Shown one piece after another: positions 8,765-20,287 of a stretch of 64,000 nucleotides of DNA; the first letter of the stretch is position 1; each line of letters opens with the position of its first letter. Made by a program: the position numbers and the translations under genes. The stretch lies in the NCBI GenBank assembly GCA_029252805.1, contig JAQXAR010000009.1:2400-66399 (forward strand). The letters run 5' to 3'. Under the pieces are notes generated by a model. That model ran no database searches and was not told the DNA's origin. It worked only from the letters and a program-made list of their open reading frames with translations. Origin of the DNA: Rickettsiales bacterium (GTDB lineage Bacteria; Pseudomonadota; Alphaproteobacteria; Rickettsiales; JALZUV01).

Positions 8765-10927
8765 CTATTCGTTTTCGACTTCTTTGATCTTGGCTGCCAG
8801 TTGCTTCAACGTGAAGGGCTTGGGTAAGAAGTTGAACTCATAATCATCGCCGAAGGAATCGGTAAAGGCATCTTCCGCATAACCCGAGATGAAGATGATC
8901 TTCACATTCGGATGGTCGGGTACGATTTTCTTGATCATCTCAGGACCATTCATGCCAGGCATGATGACATCACTTACAATCACATCGAGCTTGTCGCCAT
9001 GCTCTTCAATCACCTCAATTGCTTGCTCGCCGCAATCAGCTTCGAGCACGGTATAGCCTTTATTACGCAAGGCACGCGCCGCGAAGTTACGCACTGGCTC
9101 TTCATCTTCGACCAGTAGGATCGTGCTGTCGCCGGTCAAATCTGCAGGCGTTTCGATCTCGATTGCCGCTGCTGCCGCTGCCGCACCCGCTTCAAGTTCA
9201 TAGCGTGGGAAATAGAGGCAAAAACGTGTGCCCTCACCCAGCTTACTATCGACATAAACATAGCCGCCCGTTTGCTTGATGATACCGTAAACCGTGGCAA
9301 GGCCGAGGCCAGTGCCCGCGCCGACTTCTTTCGTAGAGAAGAACGGTTCGAAAATCTTTTGTAGGCCTTCAGGTTCAATGCCGCAGCCTGTATCGACAAA
9401 TTCAACCAGCACATAGTTACCCGGTTGGATCGGGTCTTCTTCCGGGGGAGCGACCAAATTATCGTCGAGATCTTTGGCGTTTTTAATGTCGATCACGCTG
9501 GTATTGAGCGTGAGCATCCCGCCATCGCCCATCGCATCGCGTGCGTTAACGGCGAGATTGATGAACACTTGTTCGAGCTGGCCTTGATCCGCTTTCACAT
9601 GCCCGATATCGCGACCATGCACAACTTTTAGGTCGATGCTTTCGCCAATGAGGCGACGGATAAGGTTGGACAGTTCAGCCACCACATCGGTTAGCTCTAG
9701 CATTTTGGGCTGTAATGTTTGACGACGTGAGAAAGCCAGCAATTGACGTACCAAGTTAGCCGCACGATTTGCATTTTGTTTCACCTGCATAATATCGGCA
9801 AAGGATTGGTCTCCAGCAGGGTGACGCTGTAACAGAAGGTCACAAAAGCCGATCATTGCAGTGAGCAAGTTGTTGAAATCATGCGCGACGCCGCCAGCCA
9901 GTTGACCGACCGCCTGCATCTTTTGTGAATGCGCATATTTCACTTCGAGGCTTTTTTGCTCCGTCGTATCAATCAAGTGGAGTAGAATTTGCGGATCGCC
10001 ATTTCTTTTCTCATAGCGGCTGAAATAGAGCATCGCGGAATGTTCCTTGTTGCTCTCCATCGTCACATCAAGGGGGGAGGTTTCGGCGCTTTCTGTGTTT
10101 AAGCTATCCAATCGTGCGGTAATGTCGGCACGATTTTCGTCATCGACGGCTTCGATAAAGTGCCAGCCAGCCGGTTTATCAGTTGTATCGGTCAGCTCAC
10201 GGAACGAAGCGTTGGAGCTGGTGATCTTGCCATTCATATCCAGACACGCGGCGGCGAGCGGCGAATTGGCAATGAAAGGTTCTAGTGGCGATGTATCTAA
10301 GGTTATGATAGCGGCGGAAGCCTCTTGCTTTGCTTCCTCTGCCGGTGCCTCGCCTGTCTTGAGGTTTTCGCGTTCCACGAATGGACGGCCCCGTAAGACA
10401 CCATACTCATCCGGTTTGTTGAGTGATTCATAGGAGAGAATAAAGTCTCCCTCTTCTTCACCGACGAGCGTTTCTTTGATGAAGGCGTTCTGGTGCGTTG
10501 TAATGGCATGATTAAGCGTGCGCTGGGCCTCTTCAGGCAATTGCAGGCTATCCATCATGGCTTTAAGCCCTTTGGGCGCAAGCGCTGCTGCATCAGGGAA
10601 GGATTTTTGGAACTCTGTATCGGTAAATTCGACGGTTTTTCCGTCACGAATGATCAGGTAAAAGGCTGATTGGTTGCGCGCGGCCGCCGAGAAGAGGGCT
10701 GTTTGGAAGCGAGCGAGCGAGGTGAGCTCATCTTGCTGTTTCATAAAGCGATAGCAAATGGCGAATAAGCCGCCAAGCAGCAAAATTAGCACGAACAGAA
10801 ATATTGCGTAGCGATCGGCCTCATGCACTAAAGTGCTGGTGGAAAGAATGATAATCAGCGCTGCAAAAAATATCGCCATAAAGCGAGGTAGCGGGCTAGG
10901 TTTTTCGGTGGTCATAGGTTGGGTCAT
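8765..10927 (-). CDS. hybrid sensor histidine kinase / response regulator, CckA-like architecture
   Basis: Two N-terminal TM segments and a PAS-like region are present. The H-box is [14 protein letters not shown], the N-box is [10 protein letters not shown] and the G-boxes are DTGCGI and GTGLGL. A C-terminal receiver domain is present ([10 protein letters not shown] ... DVIMPGMNG). Confidence 0.85.
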   Translation of the reverse strand: MTQPMTTEKPSPLPRFMAIFFAALIIILSTSTLVHEADRYAIFLFVLILLLGGLFAICYRFMKQQDELTSLARFQTALFSAAARNQSAFYLIIRDGKTVEFTDTEFQKSFPDAAALAPKGLKAMMDSLQLPEEAQRTLNHAITTHQNAFIKETLVGEEEGDFILSYESLNKPDEYGVLRGRPFVERENLKTGEAPAEEAKQEASAAIITLDTSPLEPFIANSPLAAACLDMNGKITSSNASFRELTDTTDKPAGWHFIEAVDDENRADITARLDSLNTESAETSPLDVTMESNKEHSAMLYFSRYEKRNGDPQILLHLIDTTEQKSLEVKYAHSQKMQAVGQLAGGVAHDFNNLLTAMIGFCDLLLQRHPAGDQSFADIMQVKQNANRAANLVRQLLAFSRRQTLQPKMLELTDVVAELSNLIRRLIGESIDLKVVHGRDIGHVKADQGQLEQVFINLAVNARDAMGDGGMLTLNTSVIDIKNAKDLDDNLVAPPEEDPIQPGNYVLVEFVDTGCGIEPEGLQKIFEPFFSTKEVGAGTGLGLATVYGIIKQTGGYVYVDSKLGEGTRFCLYFPRYELEAGAAAAAAAIEIETPADLTGDSTILLVEDEEPVRNFAARALRNKGYTVLEADCGEQAIEVIEEHGDKLDVIVSDVIMPGMNGPEMIKKIVPDHPNVKIIFISGYAEDAFTDSFGDDYEFNFLPKPFTLKQLAAKIKEVENE

Positions 10928-10993
10928 TAAGACTCCCTTTCATCTGTCTAAAAGGATGCACTAAAATGGGACATGAGCAAGAATTAGCGGTGC

Positions 10994-12064
10994 CTAAAGC
11001 TTCTTACCTTTAAGTTTGTAAACATAAGAGATGATTTCTGCCACGGCCTTATAATGCTCTAACGGCACTTCATCCTCGACATCGACAGTGAACAGCGCCC
11101 GCGCAAGCGGCGGGTTTTCAACAATCGGGATATCATTTTTATCGGCGACATCACGGATGCGGAAGGCGACTTTGTCTTTACCCTTCGCGACCACTTCTGG
11201 TGCGGCCATGTTGCCTTGGTTATATTTGAGTGCCACTGCGTAGTGGGTCGGGTTGGTGATAATCACATCGGCGCCGGGAACATTCGCCATCATCCGTTTT
11301 TGGGCACGTTCCATGCGAATCTGGCGCAAGCGGTTTTTGACCATCGGGTCGCCCTCTTGCTGCTTATATTCGTCTTTAATATCTTGTTTCGACATGCGCA
11401 AATTCTTCATATATTCGAAACGTTGGTAGAAATAATCGAGTAGGGCGATGAAGAAGACGACCGTAATAACCCCAATTAACATGGCGACGGCAGAGTCTTT
11501 GAGGAAGTCCATTAAACCGCCAAGATCGGTGTTGGGAAGGCGTTGTAGCTCCTGCTGGCGTGGCCAAACGACCCAAAAAGCGACGAAACCCACCACAGAG
11601 ATTTTAAAAATACCTTTCAGGAACTCCGTAATCGAGCGCATGGAAAACATTCGCTTAATCCCTTTGGGGATAGAGATTTTCTCTAATTTAGGTTTGATCG
11701 GGTCTGTGGAAATGGTCAAAGGTTTTTGGCCAAATCCGGCCAGTAAAACCGCAGCGACAAAGGCTAGCATGGGGATGGACATCGTGATCGCGACATTGGC
11801 GACGGTAACTTCCAGCACATCTCCAAGGCTAGAAGCATCTACCGGGATCGATTCGGGGCGTTGGATAAATTGCGCCATATTATTGGCGGCGCTGCGAAAG
11901 ACGCTATCGGCGCCCCAGGCGAGAATCATGGCAAAGGTAAACAGGATGAACAGGCTATTGACTTCACGCGATTGGTAGACCTGCCCCTTCTTCAGTGCTT
12001 CTTCCAAGCGTTTCTGGGTGGGTTCTTCGGTTTTTTCCGAATCGTCTTTGCCGCCTTCTGCCAT
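10994..12064 (-). CDS. flhB: flagellar export apparatus protein FlhB
   Basis: The N-terminus is EKTEEPTQKRLEEALKKGQV. Four TM segments and the NPTH autocleavage motif (ITNPTHYAVAL) are present. Confidence 0.93.
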   Translation of the reverse strand: MAEGGKDDSEKTEEPTQKRLEEALKKGQVYQSREVNSLFILFTFAMILAWGADSVFRSAANNMAQFIQRPESIPVDASSLGDVLEVTVANVAITMSIPMLAFVAAVLLAGFGQKPLTISTDPIKPKLEKISIPKGIKRMFSMRSITEFLKGIFKISVVGFVAFWVVWPRQQELQRLPNTDLGGLMDFLKDSAVAMLIGVITVVFFIALLDYFYQRFEYMKNLRMSKQDIKDEYKQQEGDPMVKNRLRQIRMERAQKRMMANVPGADVIITNPTHYAVALKYNQGNMAAPEVVAKGKDKVAFRIRDVADKNDIPIVENPPLARALFTVDVEDEVPLEHYKAVAEIISYVYKLKGKKL

Positions 12065-12177
12065 AGAGTCCTACTGTAGCAAGAATGGAGCCACTAATCA
12101 GCATTAAGTTGTTTGTCGATATAATCTGGCAAACATAAGAGAGGAGCTCTTTGCTACAAGTGCGAAGAAATATCCTT

Positions 12178-13548
12178 CTATCGGGTCTTTTTTGCCTTAT
12201 GCGCATAGGGGTTTTCGCCGCCGCGCATGGTTAGGCGTATTGGCGTGGCGGGCAGGTCAAAGGCCTTGCGGATACCACCGACCAGATAGCGACGATAGCT
12301 TTCTGGCAGCTTGTCTTTACGCGTGGCAAACAGTGCGAAGGTGGGCGGGCGTGCTTTAATCTGCGTGATATATTTGAGCTTGATCGGGCGTTTCGATTTG
12401 GTGAGTGGCGGTGGATGATCGAGCAACATCCCGTCGAGCCAGCGGTTTAACTGGCCGGTTGGAATGCGTGTATTCCACAGCTCATACACTTCAAACACGG
12501 CTTGCATTAGGTCTTTAAAGCCGGTCTTTTTCTCGGCTGAGATCGGCAAAATCACGACACCACGCACCATGGCGAGGCGTTTTTCGACAATCTTATTGAG
12601 CGCGGTCATCCAGGCCTCAGGGCGGTCGACTTCGTCCCATTTATTGACAGCGATCACGAGTCCGCGGCCTTCTTCGACGATATGATCAGCGAGGATCAGA
12701 TCCTGTTTATCCAGCGGGCAGGCGGCATCGAGCAATAGTACGCACACATGTGCATATTGAATGGCGCGCATGGAATCGACTGCAGAAAGACGTTCGAGCT
12801 TTTCGTTACGTCTAGCTTGTTTGCGTAAACCGGCCGTATCGACCAATTTAATCGGTCGATCGCCCCAATTCCAATCAATGGCGATAGCGTCGCGGGTGAC
12901 GCCGGCTTCAGGGCCGGTTAATACGCGATCTTCGCCTAACAGCGCGTTAATGAGGGTAGATTTCCCCGCATTGGGACGGCCAATAATGGCGAGCTGTAGG
13001 GGGGTGTTTTTGTCTTCTTCCGGCTCATCCGTGCCAAATTGATCCAGTTTATGTTCTTGGCACGTATCGGTTAGCGCATCGTAAAGATCGGCCAGACCTT
13101 CGCCATGTTCGGCGGAGATGGGCACAGGCTCGCCCAGCCCAAGCTCCCACGCATCGGAAAGTGAGGGATGTGCGCGTTTGCTCTCCGCTTTATTCACAGC
13201 GAGAATCACCGGCTTTCCGGTTTTACGTAGCCAGCGAGCGAAATAGGAATCCTCAGGTGTTACGCCTGCGAGCCCATCAATCATCATCACGGCGATATCG
13301 GCTTCTTGAATGCCGTCGCGTGTCATGTCTAGCATACGTGATTGTAGCTCGCCTGTGCCGCGGCCATCTTCCATTCCGGCCGTGTCTACAACGCGGAAAT
13401 CCATCGGTCCGATATTGCCTTCGCCATAGCGACGGTCGCGGGTTACACCTGGTTGATCATCCACAATTGCGTGGCGTGTGCCGGTGAGGCGGTTAAACAG
13501 GGTCGATTTTCCGACATTCGGACGACCTACAAGTGCAAGGGTGAGCAT
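12178..13548 (-). CDS. der: ribosome-associated GTPase Der (EngA)
   Basis: Two tandem G domains (GRPNVGKSTLFN and GRPNAGKSTLIN) are followed by a KH-like C-terminus. Confidence 0.93.
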   Translation of the reverse strand: MLTLALVGRPNVGKSTLFNRLTGTRHAIVDDQPGVTRDRRYGEGNIGPMDFRVVDTAGMEDGRGTGELQSRMLDMTRDGIQEADIAVMMIDGLAGVTPEDSYFARWLRKTGKPVILAVNKAESKRAHPSLSDAWELGLGEPVPISAEHGEGLADLYDALTDTCQEHKLDQFGTDEPEEDKNTPLQLAIIGRPNAGKSTLINALLGEDRVLTGPEAGVTRDAIAIDWNWGDRPIKLVDTAGLRKQARRNEKLERLSAVDSMRAIQYAHVCVLLLDAACPLDKQDLILADHIVEEGRGLVIAVNKWDEVDRPEAWMTALNKIVEKRLAMVRGVVILPISAEKKTGFKDLMQAVFEVYELWNTRIPTGQLNRWLDGMLLDHPPPLTKSKRPIKLKYITQIKARPPTFALFATRKDKLPESYRRYLVGGIRKAFDLPATPIRLTMRGGENPYAHKAKKTR

Positions 13549-13553
13549 AATAT

Positions 13554-14873
13554 TTAACGCAACGCGTGTAGCGTTGCTCCTTTATCCATTAGGTAGAGGG
13601 CGCCATCCGCAATAACCGGTGCGGCGACAACCCCTTCCGGAATTTCGAGGGCATTTCCTTCTTCTCCGGTCAGAGCGTTAAAGGCTTTTAATTGTCCGTG
13701 GCTGCCAACCATCCAGACCGTGTCAGAAGCAACGATCGGATGTTGCCATAGAATGGTCGATCCACCGTCTTTTTTATCAAGGGTTTGCACCCAAAGAATT
13801 TTCCCGTTACCGCCATTGACGGCCATAAGCTGATAGTCGGTCGTTAGCATATAAAGTGTGGTGCCTGTCAGCCAAGGCTGTGCAGCGAGGGGGACGCGAC
13901 GTTCCCAAATACGACGGCCATTGCCGGTCATATAAGCCGTGAAAGATTTAGCCGATCCGGCGAAAGAGACGCGCGGCGTCATTAAGGTGCTCAGCGCGCC
14001 AAAGCGTTCGTCTTGCAACGCGGTCTGTGCACTACCGGCTAGCATATCGGACCATAACTCAGATCCGTCTTTCAGTGAAAGGGCGGTAACTTCGCCGGAA
14101 GAATAAGTGGCTAGCACCATTTCGCCACCGGCGGCGGGAACGGTCGATTGCAATTGGCTCGCCTGATCATTCAAACCTTGATGAATCCAGCGTGGTTCGC
14201 CATCACGGCGATTGAGTGCGAGTAATTGGTTGTCGGCGGAGAGAATGAGCAAGATTTTACCGATCAAGCGTGGCGCTGCACGTAAGGGAAGGTTCAGTTC
14301 TTGCTGCCAAAATAGGCGGCCATCTTCGGTAGAGAGGGCAATAATTTTGCCTTCATCATTGGCGGCGTAAAGCACTTTGCCGGCCACAGCCAAGCCGCCA
14401 CCAAGCAGTGAATCGTCGCTATCTTCACTGACAAGTGCGTCAGATTGCCAGATAAGTTCAAGGCTTGTGCTATCATGCGCGCTTAAGGCGCCGTTGCCAT
14501 CCAGTGCAAATACACGGCCATTCTCGATGACCGGCGCAGGAATAATCAGGGTGCTAAAAGAAGTGCCTTCGCCGACAGAAGTAGAGGCGGCAACTTGTAA
14601 GGGCTGCGCAAGTGTGAGGTGATCCGAAACGCCAGCAGAGCTGCCAAGCGGTTGGTTCCATGATGCATTGCGGCGTTCAGGCGGTAATTGAATGTTGCCT
14701 TCGGCGGCTGGAAGTTCCGCTTCGAATAATTCGGCGCGGCGTTTGAGCGCGATGCGCTCGCCAGGAAGGATCTTTTCATCTTCTTGGTCGCCGATCCAAT
14801 CGGGCAGGTAGTTACAGCTCGAAAGAGCCAGTAACATCGTGCAAGAAAGCGTCAAAAGAATACCGCGCATCAT
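13554..14873 (-). CDS. bamB: outer membrane protein assembly factor BamB (PQQ-like beta-propeller lipoprotein)
   Basis: A lipobox LALSSC is present and propeller blades recur. The conserved yfgM-bamB-der gene order supports the call. Confidence 0.8.
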   Translation of the reverse strand: MMRGILLTLSCTMLLALSSCNYLPDWIGDQEDEKILPGERIALKRRAELFEAELPAAEGNIQLPPERRNASWNQPLGSSAGVSDHLTLAQPLQVAASTSVGEGTSFSTLIIPAPVIENGRVFALDGNGALSAHDSTSLELIWQSDALVSEDSDDSLLGGGLAVAGKVLYAANDEGKIIALSTEDGRLFWQQELNLPLRAAPRLIGKILLILSADNQLLALNRRDGEPRWIHQGLNDQASQLQSTVPAAGGEMVLATYSSGEVTALSLKDGSELWSDMLAGSAQTALQDERFGALSTLMTPRVSFAGSAKSFTAYMTGNGRRIWERRVPLAAQPWLTGTTLYMLTTDYQLMAVNGGNGKILWVQTLDKKDGGSTILWQHPIVASDTVWMVGSHGQLKAFNALTGEEGNALEIPEGVVAAPVIADGALYLMDKGATLHALR

Positions 14874-14874
14874 G

Positions 14875-15504
14875 TTAATTAACCCCCTGCAGGAGTTCGT
14901 TCAGGCGCTGACGCTGGCTGTTTGGAAGGTCCGTGCGATCCAGTAAGCTTAAAAGCAATTTACGTGCTTCGGGTTTTTTGTCGCCATTGATAAATTTAAT
15001 GGCTTTTTGTTCCGTCGCAAGTGCATAAAACGGGCTCTCTTTTCCAATCGCATCAAGCTTCTCGCTTTGAATTTTGGCGAGATCAGCAATGACAGGTTGT
15101 TCATCCTGTTGTGCCAAACTTTCAAATGCTGTGGCCATTGTAGCCCCGCCTTTCTGTTTTAGATAGGCTGCTTGTAAGCCGGCAAGCGCACCTGCAGATG
15201 AGTTTTCTTGTGCCAGAGGCGAAAGTTTTGAGAGGGCCGTCTCCGTTTGGCCCTTATCAGCCAAAGAAATCGCCTCAAGTAGAGTGGCGGTGCGCTCTTC
15301 AGCCTTGCCATCGCGGTAAGAATTCGCAATTTGATACGCAATCGTGGCCACCACGATCGTGACGCAGCCTCCTACGAGTAGCGAGCCAAATTTCTGCCAC
15401 CAGTTTTGAAGTTTTTCCGCACGTAGATCATCATCCACTTCACGGATAAGTAGATCATCAGCGATTTGTGCTTCTTTTTCAGGGTCAGGTTTTTTCTTAG
15501 CCAT
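14875..15504 (-). CDS. YfgM-like single-pass membrane protein with TPR-like periplasmic domain
   Basis: The protein has a charged N-terminus, one TM segment and a helical C-terminal domain. It lies directly upstream of bamB. Confidence 0.65.
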   Translation of the reverse strand: MAKKKPDPEKEAQIADDLLIREVDDDLRAEKLQNWWQKFGSLLVGGCVTIVVATIAYQIANSYRDGKAEERTATLLEAISLADKGQTETALSKLSPLAQENSSAGALAGLQAAYLKQKGGATMATAFESLAQQDEQPVIADLAKIQSEKLDAIGKESPFYALATEQKAIKFINGDKKPEARKLLLSLLDRTDLPNSQRQRLNELLQGVN

Positions 15505-15507
15505 TTT

Positions 15508-17055
15508 CTATTCCCACTCAATCGTTCCGGGAGGTTTACTGGTAATATCATAAACGACGCGGTTAATCCCACGCACTTCATTAATGATACGCGTTGCTGC
15601 CCGACCAAGAAACTCATGGCTGAACGGATAGTAATCTGCTGTCATACCATCGGTTGAAGTCACCGCGCGTAAGGCGCAGGCATAATCATAGGTACGGTTA
15701 TCGCCCATCACGCCAACGGTACGTACCGGCAGTAGAACGGCAAAAGCTTGCCAGATTTCATCGTAAAGCCCGGCCTTACGAATCTCATCGAGGTAAACCG
15801 CATCGGCTTTGCGTAAAATATTGGCTTTTTCTTCTGTTACTTCGCCAGGGATGCGAATTCCCAGGCCCGGGCCTGGGAAGGGATGGCGTGCAAGCAAGTC
15901 TTTTGCCATGCCGAGCTCTTCGCCCAGGGCGCGCACTTCATCTTTAAACAGCTCGCGTACCGGTTCAATAAGCTTTAACTTCATATGGTCAGGAAGGCCG
16001 CCCACATTATGATGTGATTTAATGGTAACGCTCGGGCCCCCGGTAAAACTAACGGACTCAATCACATCAGGATAAAGCGTGCCTTGGGCAAGATAATCAG
16101 CGCCACCGGCTTTTTCGACTTCTTGTTCGAAGACTTCGATAAAGGCTGCGCCAATAATTTTACGTTTACGTTCCGGATCACTTACACCCGCAAGGCGCTG
16201 CAGAAATAAGCGGCTTGCATCGACATAAGTTAGCGGCACATGGTAATTTTCCGCGTAGCGCTTGCGCACTTCTTCGCCTTCACCCTCGCGCAGTAAGCCC
16301 GTATTCACGAAGACGCAGATAAGCTGATCGCCGATCGCCTCGTGCAGGAGTTTTGCCACGACAGAAGAATCGACTCCGCCACTCACCGCGCAAAGGACTC
16401 TGTCGGTACCGACTTCACGGCGAATCTTGGAAATGGCTTCCGTATGGAAATGCTCCATCGACCAATCGCCTGAGCAGCCACATATCGCATGAGTGAAGTT
16501 GTGCAGTAATTTTGCACCGTCAGGCGTGTGCATCACTTCAGGGTGGAACTGCACTCCATAATAGTGACGTTTTTCATCTGCGATGGCGGCAAAAGGAGCG
16601 CCTTCAGTGGTTGCGATCACCTCAAAGCCTTTGGGCAATTGAGTGATGCGATCGCCGTGACTCATCCAAACTTGGTAGTTTTTACCGGTTTCCCAAATTC
16701 CCTTATAAAGAGAAGAGTCTTTTTTAATTTCTAATTGTGCGCGTCCGAATTCGCGGTGGTCAGAGGTTGCGACCGTGCCGCCTAAACTATCACATAAGCC
16801 CTGTTGGCCATAGCAGATGCCCAAGATAGGTAGCTCCATTTTAAACACTATTTTGTTAACTTTGGGCGATGCTTCACCGCTTACCGATGCAGGGCCGCCG
16901 GAGAGGATAATCCCTTTAGGTTTAAAGTCGCGAATCTTTTCATCCGAAACATTGAAAGGAAGGATTTCGCAATAAACCCCAGACTCACGAACGCGTCGTG
17001 CAATCAGTTGTGTAACTTGGGAACCAAAATCGAGAATCAAAATACGGTCATTCAT
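15508..17055 (-). CDS. guaA: GMP synthase (glutamine-hydrolysing)
   Basis: A GATase motif (GICYGQQ), a PP-loop (SGGVDSSV) and the C-terminal GTIEWE are present. I set the start at [13 protein letters not shown] (17055); the 50-codon extension in the ORF track has no GuaA-like content. Confidence 0.93.
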   Translation of the reverse strand: MNDRILILDFGSQVTQLIARRVRESGVYCEILPFNVSDEKIRDFKPKGIILSGGPASVSGEASPKVNKIVFKMELPILGICYGQQGLCDSLGGTVATSDHREFGRAQLEIKKDSSLYKGIWETGKNYQVWMSHGDRITQLPKGFEVIATTEGAPFAAIADEKRHYYGVQFHPEVMHTPDGAKLLHNFTHAICGCSGDWSMEHFHTEAISKIRREVGTDRVLCAVSGGVDSSVVAKLLHEAIGDQLICVFVNTGLLREGEGEEVRKRYAENYHVPLTYVDASRLFLQRLAGVSDPERKRKIIGAAFIEVFEQEVEKAGGADYLAQGTLYPDVIESVSFTGGPSVTIKSHHNVGGLPDHMKLKLIEPVRELFKDEVRALGEELGMAKDLLARHPFPGPGLGIRIPGEVTEEKANILRKADAVYLDEIRKAGLYDEIWQAFAVLLPVRTVGVMGDNRTYDYACALRAVTSTDGMTADYYPFSHEFLGRAATRIINEVRGINRVVYDITSKPPGTIEWE

Positions 17056-17251
17056 GCGAGTATCTATAAGCATTTGCGGCGGGGCTGACAACCGGAAAGG
17101 CGGTGGTGGGTGAAAGATGTGTTGTTTAAAACCCACAAAGAAGAAGCGATTGAGGGGTTGGAACTGTTTTACACCCCTAAGTCTAGGTGATTGAGGGGTT
17201 GGCATTATACAAAAATACTATAGAAATTAATTTAGGGAATGGGGCCCGCCT

Positions 17252-18217
17252 ATGCGTCCTTTGGTATTTATTCTGATCTTTGCAATCGCCGTTGGTGCGA
17301 TGGCTTTGATGTATAACCTAATTGCTGGCGACAAAGAGTCGACGCAGCTATTGCAGAAACCTCAAGTCGTTGAGAAAAAAGTTCCAGAAAAACTCGTTTA
17401 TGTTGCGAAGCAGGAAATTCCTGTGGGCACCGTCATTGAGCAAGGTATGATTGATAAGCAAACTTGGCCACAGCATTTGGTGGGGCCAAGTTTTATCGTT
17501 GCCGGTGATAAGGCTCCAACGATTGTGGGTATGGTGGCACGTTCGCACTTCCAGCCACGCGAAGTTATCTTGCGCGCTAAATTGGCAAATCCGAATGATC
17601 CAAGTTTCTTGGCCGCCACGCTTCCAGCGGGTATGCGTGCAGTGACTGTTTCAGTGAATGGTGTTACGTCGGTTGCGGGCTTTGTTTATCCGGGTGATCG
17701 TGTGGACGTTCTTTTGACGCATACATTGATCAGCGATAAGGAAAAACAAGAAGCCAGCCTGAGCGAAGACGAAGATGATGATATTAAAGGTCAGTACGAA
17801 AAACGCGTGACGGAGATTTTAGTTCCAGATGTGCGCGTGCTTGCTATTGACCAATATGCAATGGCCGGACAGCAAGACCCTAAGAAAAAGAAGCGTTTAC
17901 CCTCTAGTGTGACTTTGGAGCTAGGGCAGTTAGATTCTCAGCGTGTGCGTTTGGCCGAGCGTGAGGGTGAAATTTCACTCGCGCTTCGTTCGTTAAAAGA
18001 TAAAGGCGCCGCTTGGGTTCGTCCTTCAGGACAAGAAGACTTGACGCGTGGCTTGCCGCCAGGGAATTTCCCGCAGCTTTACGACTTTGACGTTGAATTC
18101 AGCGAAGATATGCTGAAGAGAGCTCAGAAAAAAGATGACACGACAAAGGCAAAGATAAGCGTTGTGCGTGGCAATAAAATTGAAGAACTAGAGGTGGAGA
18201 TCGCTGATGAAAACTAA
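17252..18217 (+). CDS. cpaB: Flp/Tad pilus assembly protein CpaB (RcpC family)
   Basis: An N-terminal TM segment and a SAF-like segment (VYVAKQEIPVGTVIEQGMI) are present. The gene heads the cpaC-D-E-F-tadB-tadC series. Confidence 0.85.
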   Translation: MRPLVFILIFAIAVGAMALMYNLIAGDKESTQLLQKPQVVEKKVPEKLVYVAKQEIPVGTVIEQGMIDKQTWPQHLVGPSFIVAGDKAPTIVGMVARSHFQPREVILRAKLANPNDPSFLAATLPAGMRAVTVSVNGVTSVAGFVYPGDRVDVLLTHTLISDKEKQEASLSEDEDDDIKGQYEKRVTEILVPDVRVLAIDQYAMAGQQDPKKKKRLPSSVTLELGQLDSQRVRLAEREGEISLALRSLKDKGAAWVRPSGQEDLTRGLPPGNFPQLYDFDVEFSEDMLKRAQKKDDTTKAKISVVRGNKIEELEVEIADEN

Positions 18218-19604
18218 GTTCCTATTGGTCTTCGCGCTGGTGGTTGCGTGGACAGGTGCTGCAATAGCAGAATCGTTCATTGTACCGCTTAACCGTTCGC
18301 GTATTGTTTCAACCGGGCCTGAAATTGCGGAAGCAATGGTGGCGAATCCGGAAATCGCTGATATCCATGTGCATGGACCTAACCGTCTTTCGATTGTTGG
18401 TGTAAGTCGAGGTCAAACAACGGTTCGTTTGATTGATAAGGCGCGCAATGAAATTAAAACGATTGAAGTTACGGTCAGCTATGACCTTCCTGCGATCCGT
18501 AAAGCCCTTCGTGAATTCTTGCCATACGAAAGTATCGGTGTGGATTTGGTGAATACTAATCTTGCCCTTACAGGTGAGGTAAGTGGTGCCGCATCGGTTG
18601 ATAAGGCGTTGGAGATTATCAGTCAATTCGTTGATGGTGATTCTCCTGCGACAGAAAAGCGCTCTGAAATTGTTAACTTGATGCGAGTGAGCTCAGGTCA
18701 GCAAGTGATGTTGCGTGTTCGTGTTGGCGAGATTCGTCGCAACGCGATGAAAAAGTTAGGCATTAGTTTGCAAGGTGCAAACTCAGGGGGGTCGTTCTCT
18801 GGTGTGGCGGCTTCAGGAGGCGGAATTCCAGGTGTTACTGCGAATAGCGGTGTGGACTTCGGTACCTTTGTGCCGGGTGCAGGGTCCTTCTCATTCTTGG
18901 GTGGAGTCCTTAATAAGGGCGGCTTAACCTTAGGTGCTTCTCTCGATGCGTTGGAAACAGACGGTCTTCTGAAAATCTTGGCTGAGCCAAATCTTGTAGC
19001 ACTTTCGGGTGAGCAGGCGGAGTTCTTGGCTGGTGGCGAATTTCCCATTCCCGTTGCTTCGGGCAGTGATGGAAATATAAGTATTGATTACAAACCTTTC
19101 GGTGTTTCAGTTTCTTTCATCCCTTACGTGTTGAGCGAAAATCGTATCCGTCTAACGGTTCTTCCTGAAGTATCTGAACTTAGTGGAACAGATGGTGTAA
19201 CGACTGGTGGTGTCTCAGTTCCTGCTCTCACGACGCGTCGTGCGAAGACGACGGTTGAGTTAGCGCCAGGTGAAAGCTTTATGATCGCGGGTTTGATTCG
19301 TAACGATGTCGCGACGAGCTTACGTCAATTGCCGGGTATTAATGAGATTCCTATCTTGAGTGCATTGCTGCGTAGTACGGAGTTTGAACGCAACGAAACA
19401 GAGTTGGTCATCGCGGTGACTCCTTATCTGGTGGATCCTCAAAAGAGTGATGAGGTGCGTTTCCCAACGGATCGTTATCGCGCGCCAAGTAATATGGAAA
19501 TGTTCTTCTACGGGGCGCTCTCAGCAATGGGACCAAATGGAAAAGAACGTCGCTTATCGCAGGCTCCCAGCCTCGAAGGCCCAATCGGATTTATGGTGGA
19601 GTAA
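18207..19604 (+). CDS. cpaC: Flp/Tad pilus secretin CpaC (RcpA family)
   Basis: A signal peptide is present. The secretin core motif is LKILAEPNLVALSGEQAEFLAGGEFPIP. Confidence 0.9.
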   Translation: MKTKFLLVFALVVAWTGAAIAESFIVPLNRSRIVSTGPEIAEAMVANPEIADIHVHGPNRLSIVGVSRGQTTVRLIDKARNEIKTIEVTVSYDLPAIRKALREFLPYESIGVDLVNTNLALTGEVSGAASVDKALEIISQFVDGDSPATEKRSEIVNLMRVSSGQQVMLRVRVGEIRRNAMKKLGISLQGANSGGSFSGVAASGGGIPGVTANSGVDFGTFVPGAGSFSFLGGVLNKGGLTLGASLDALETDGLLKILAEPNLVALSGEQAEFLAGGEFPIPVASGSDGNISIDYKPFGVSVSFIPYVLSENRIRLTVLPEVSELSGTDGVTTGGVSVPALTTRRAKTTVELAPGESFMIAGLIRNDVATSLRQLPGINEIPILSALLRSTEFERNETELVIAVTPYLVDPQKSDEVRFPTDRYRAPSNMEMFFYGALSAMGPNGKERRLSQAPSLEGPIGFMVE

Positions 19605-20213
19605 ATGATGAAAATGAAATTAAGATCTTTAGCTGCAATCGGCCTTCTATCTTCTGTGGCGGCGTGTAGTAACATTCCTCATGAAGCATATTATGAGCGA
19701 GGGCAGCCCGAGGCGTTATTAGATCAATCGTCTGAGATTGTGAACTTTGAGCTAAATGATTATTCAGCTTTGGATGATTTACTCAACTGGGTGAATCAGG
19801 ATCAGCCGACTCGTGCAGAGCTTTATTGCATGGATGGTGATTCAAACTGTGCAGAAGCAGAGCAAATTTTGCAGCAATTCGGTGTTTCAACGGTGTTTGT
19901 TGCATCGGGCGATAACATGGTCACTCTAGTTTATGAGCGCGTGTTGGCACGTGATTGTGAGAATCGCTATATTGAAAACGGAGTTAATCCTTATAATTTA
20001 CCTCACCCGACTTTTGGCTGTACGATGTCAAGTAATATCGTTCAAATGGTTACGGATAAGCGCCAATTCACAAGTCCTGCTTTGCTCGATTTGCCTGATG
20101 CAGAGCGTGTGCAGCGTGTGATGGATGGTTATCGCCAGCCATATAATGCATCGCCAGCTGAGGTAAATCCTAATTTCGAAACACAGTTTGATATTAAGAC
20201 TACTTCAAATTAA
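19605..20213 (+). CDS. cpaD: pilus assembly lipoprotein CpaD-like
   Basis: A lipobox (SSVAACS) is present. The position between the secretin and cpaE supports the call. Confidence 0.6.
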   Translation: MMKMKLRSLAAIGLLSSVAACSNIPHEAYYERGQPEALLDQSSEIVNFELNDYSALDDLLNWVNQDQPTRAELYCMDGDSNCAEAEQILQQFGVSTVFVASGDNMVTLVYERVLARDCENRYIENGVNPYNLPHPTFGCTMSSNIVQMVTDKRQFTSPALLDLPDAERVQRVMDGYRQPYNASPAEVNPNFETQFDIKTTSN

Positions 20214-20287
20214 TTCGGGTAGTCATTTCTTAACGTTTGCTCGTTAGACTATGCGAATGATAGTCCTAAGATACAAAGAGAGGTTTT

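Noticed and set aside
11448-11978. A 176-aa ORF lies opposite flhB.
   Set aside because: It is embedded antisense to a confidently identified FlhB and has no motifs of its own.
17056-17205. The track gives the guaA ORF a 50-codon N-terminal extension.
   Set aside because: The extension is Pro/Phe-rich and unlike GuaA. The canonical GATase N-terminus starts at [11 protein letters not shown].
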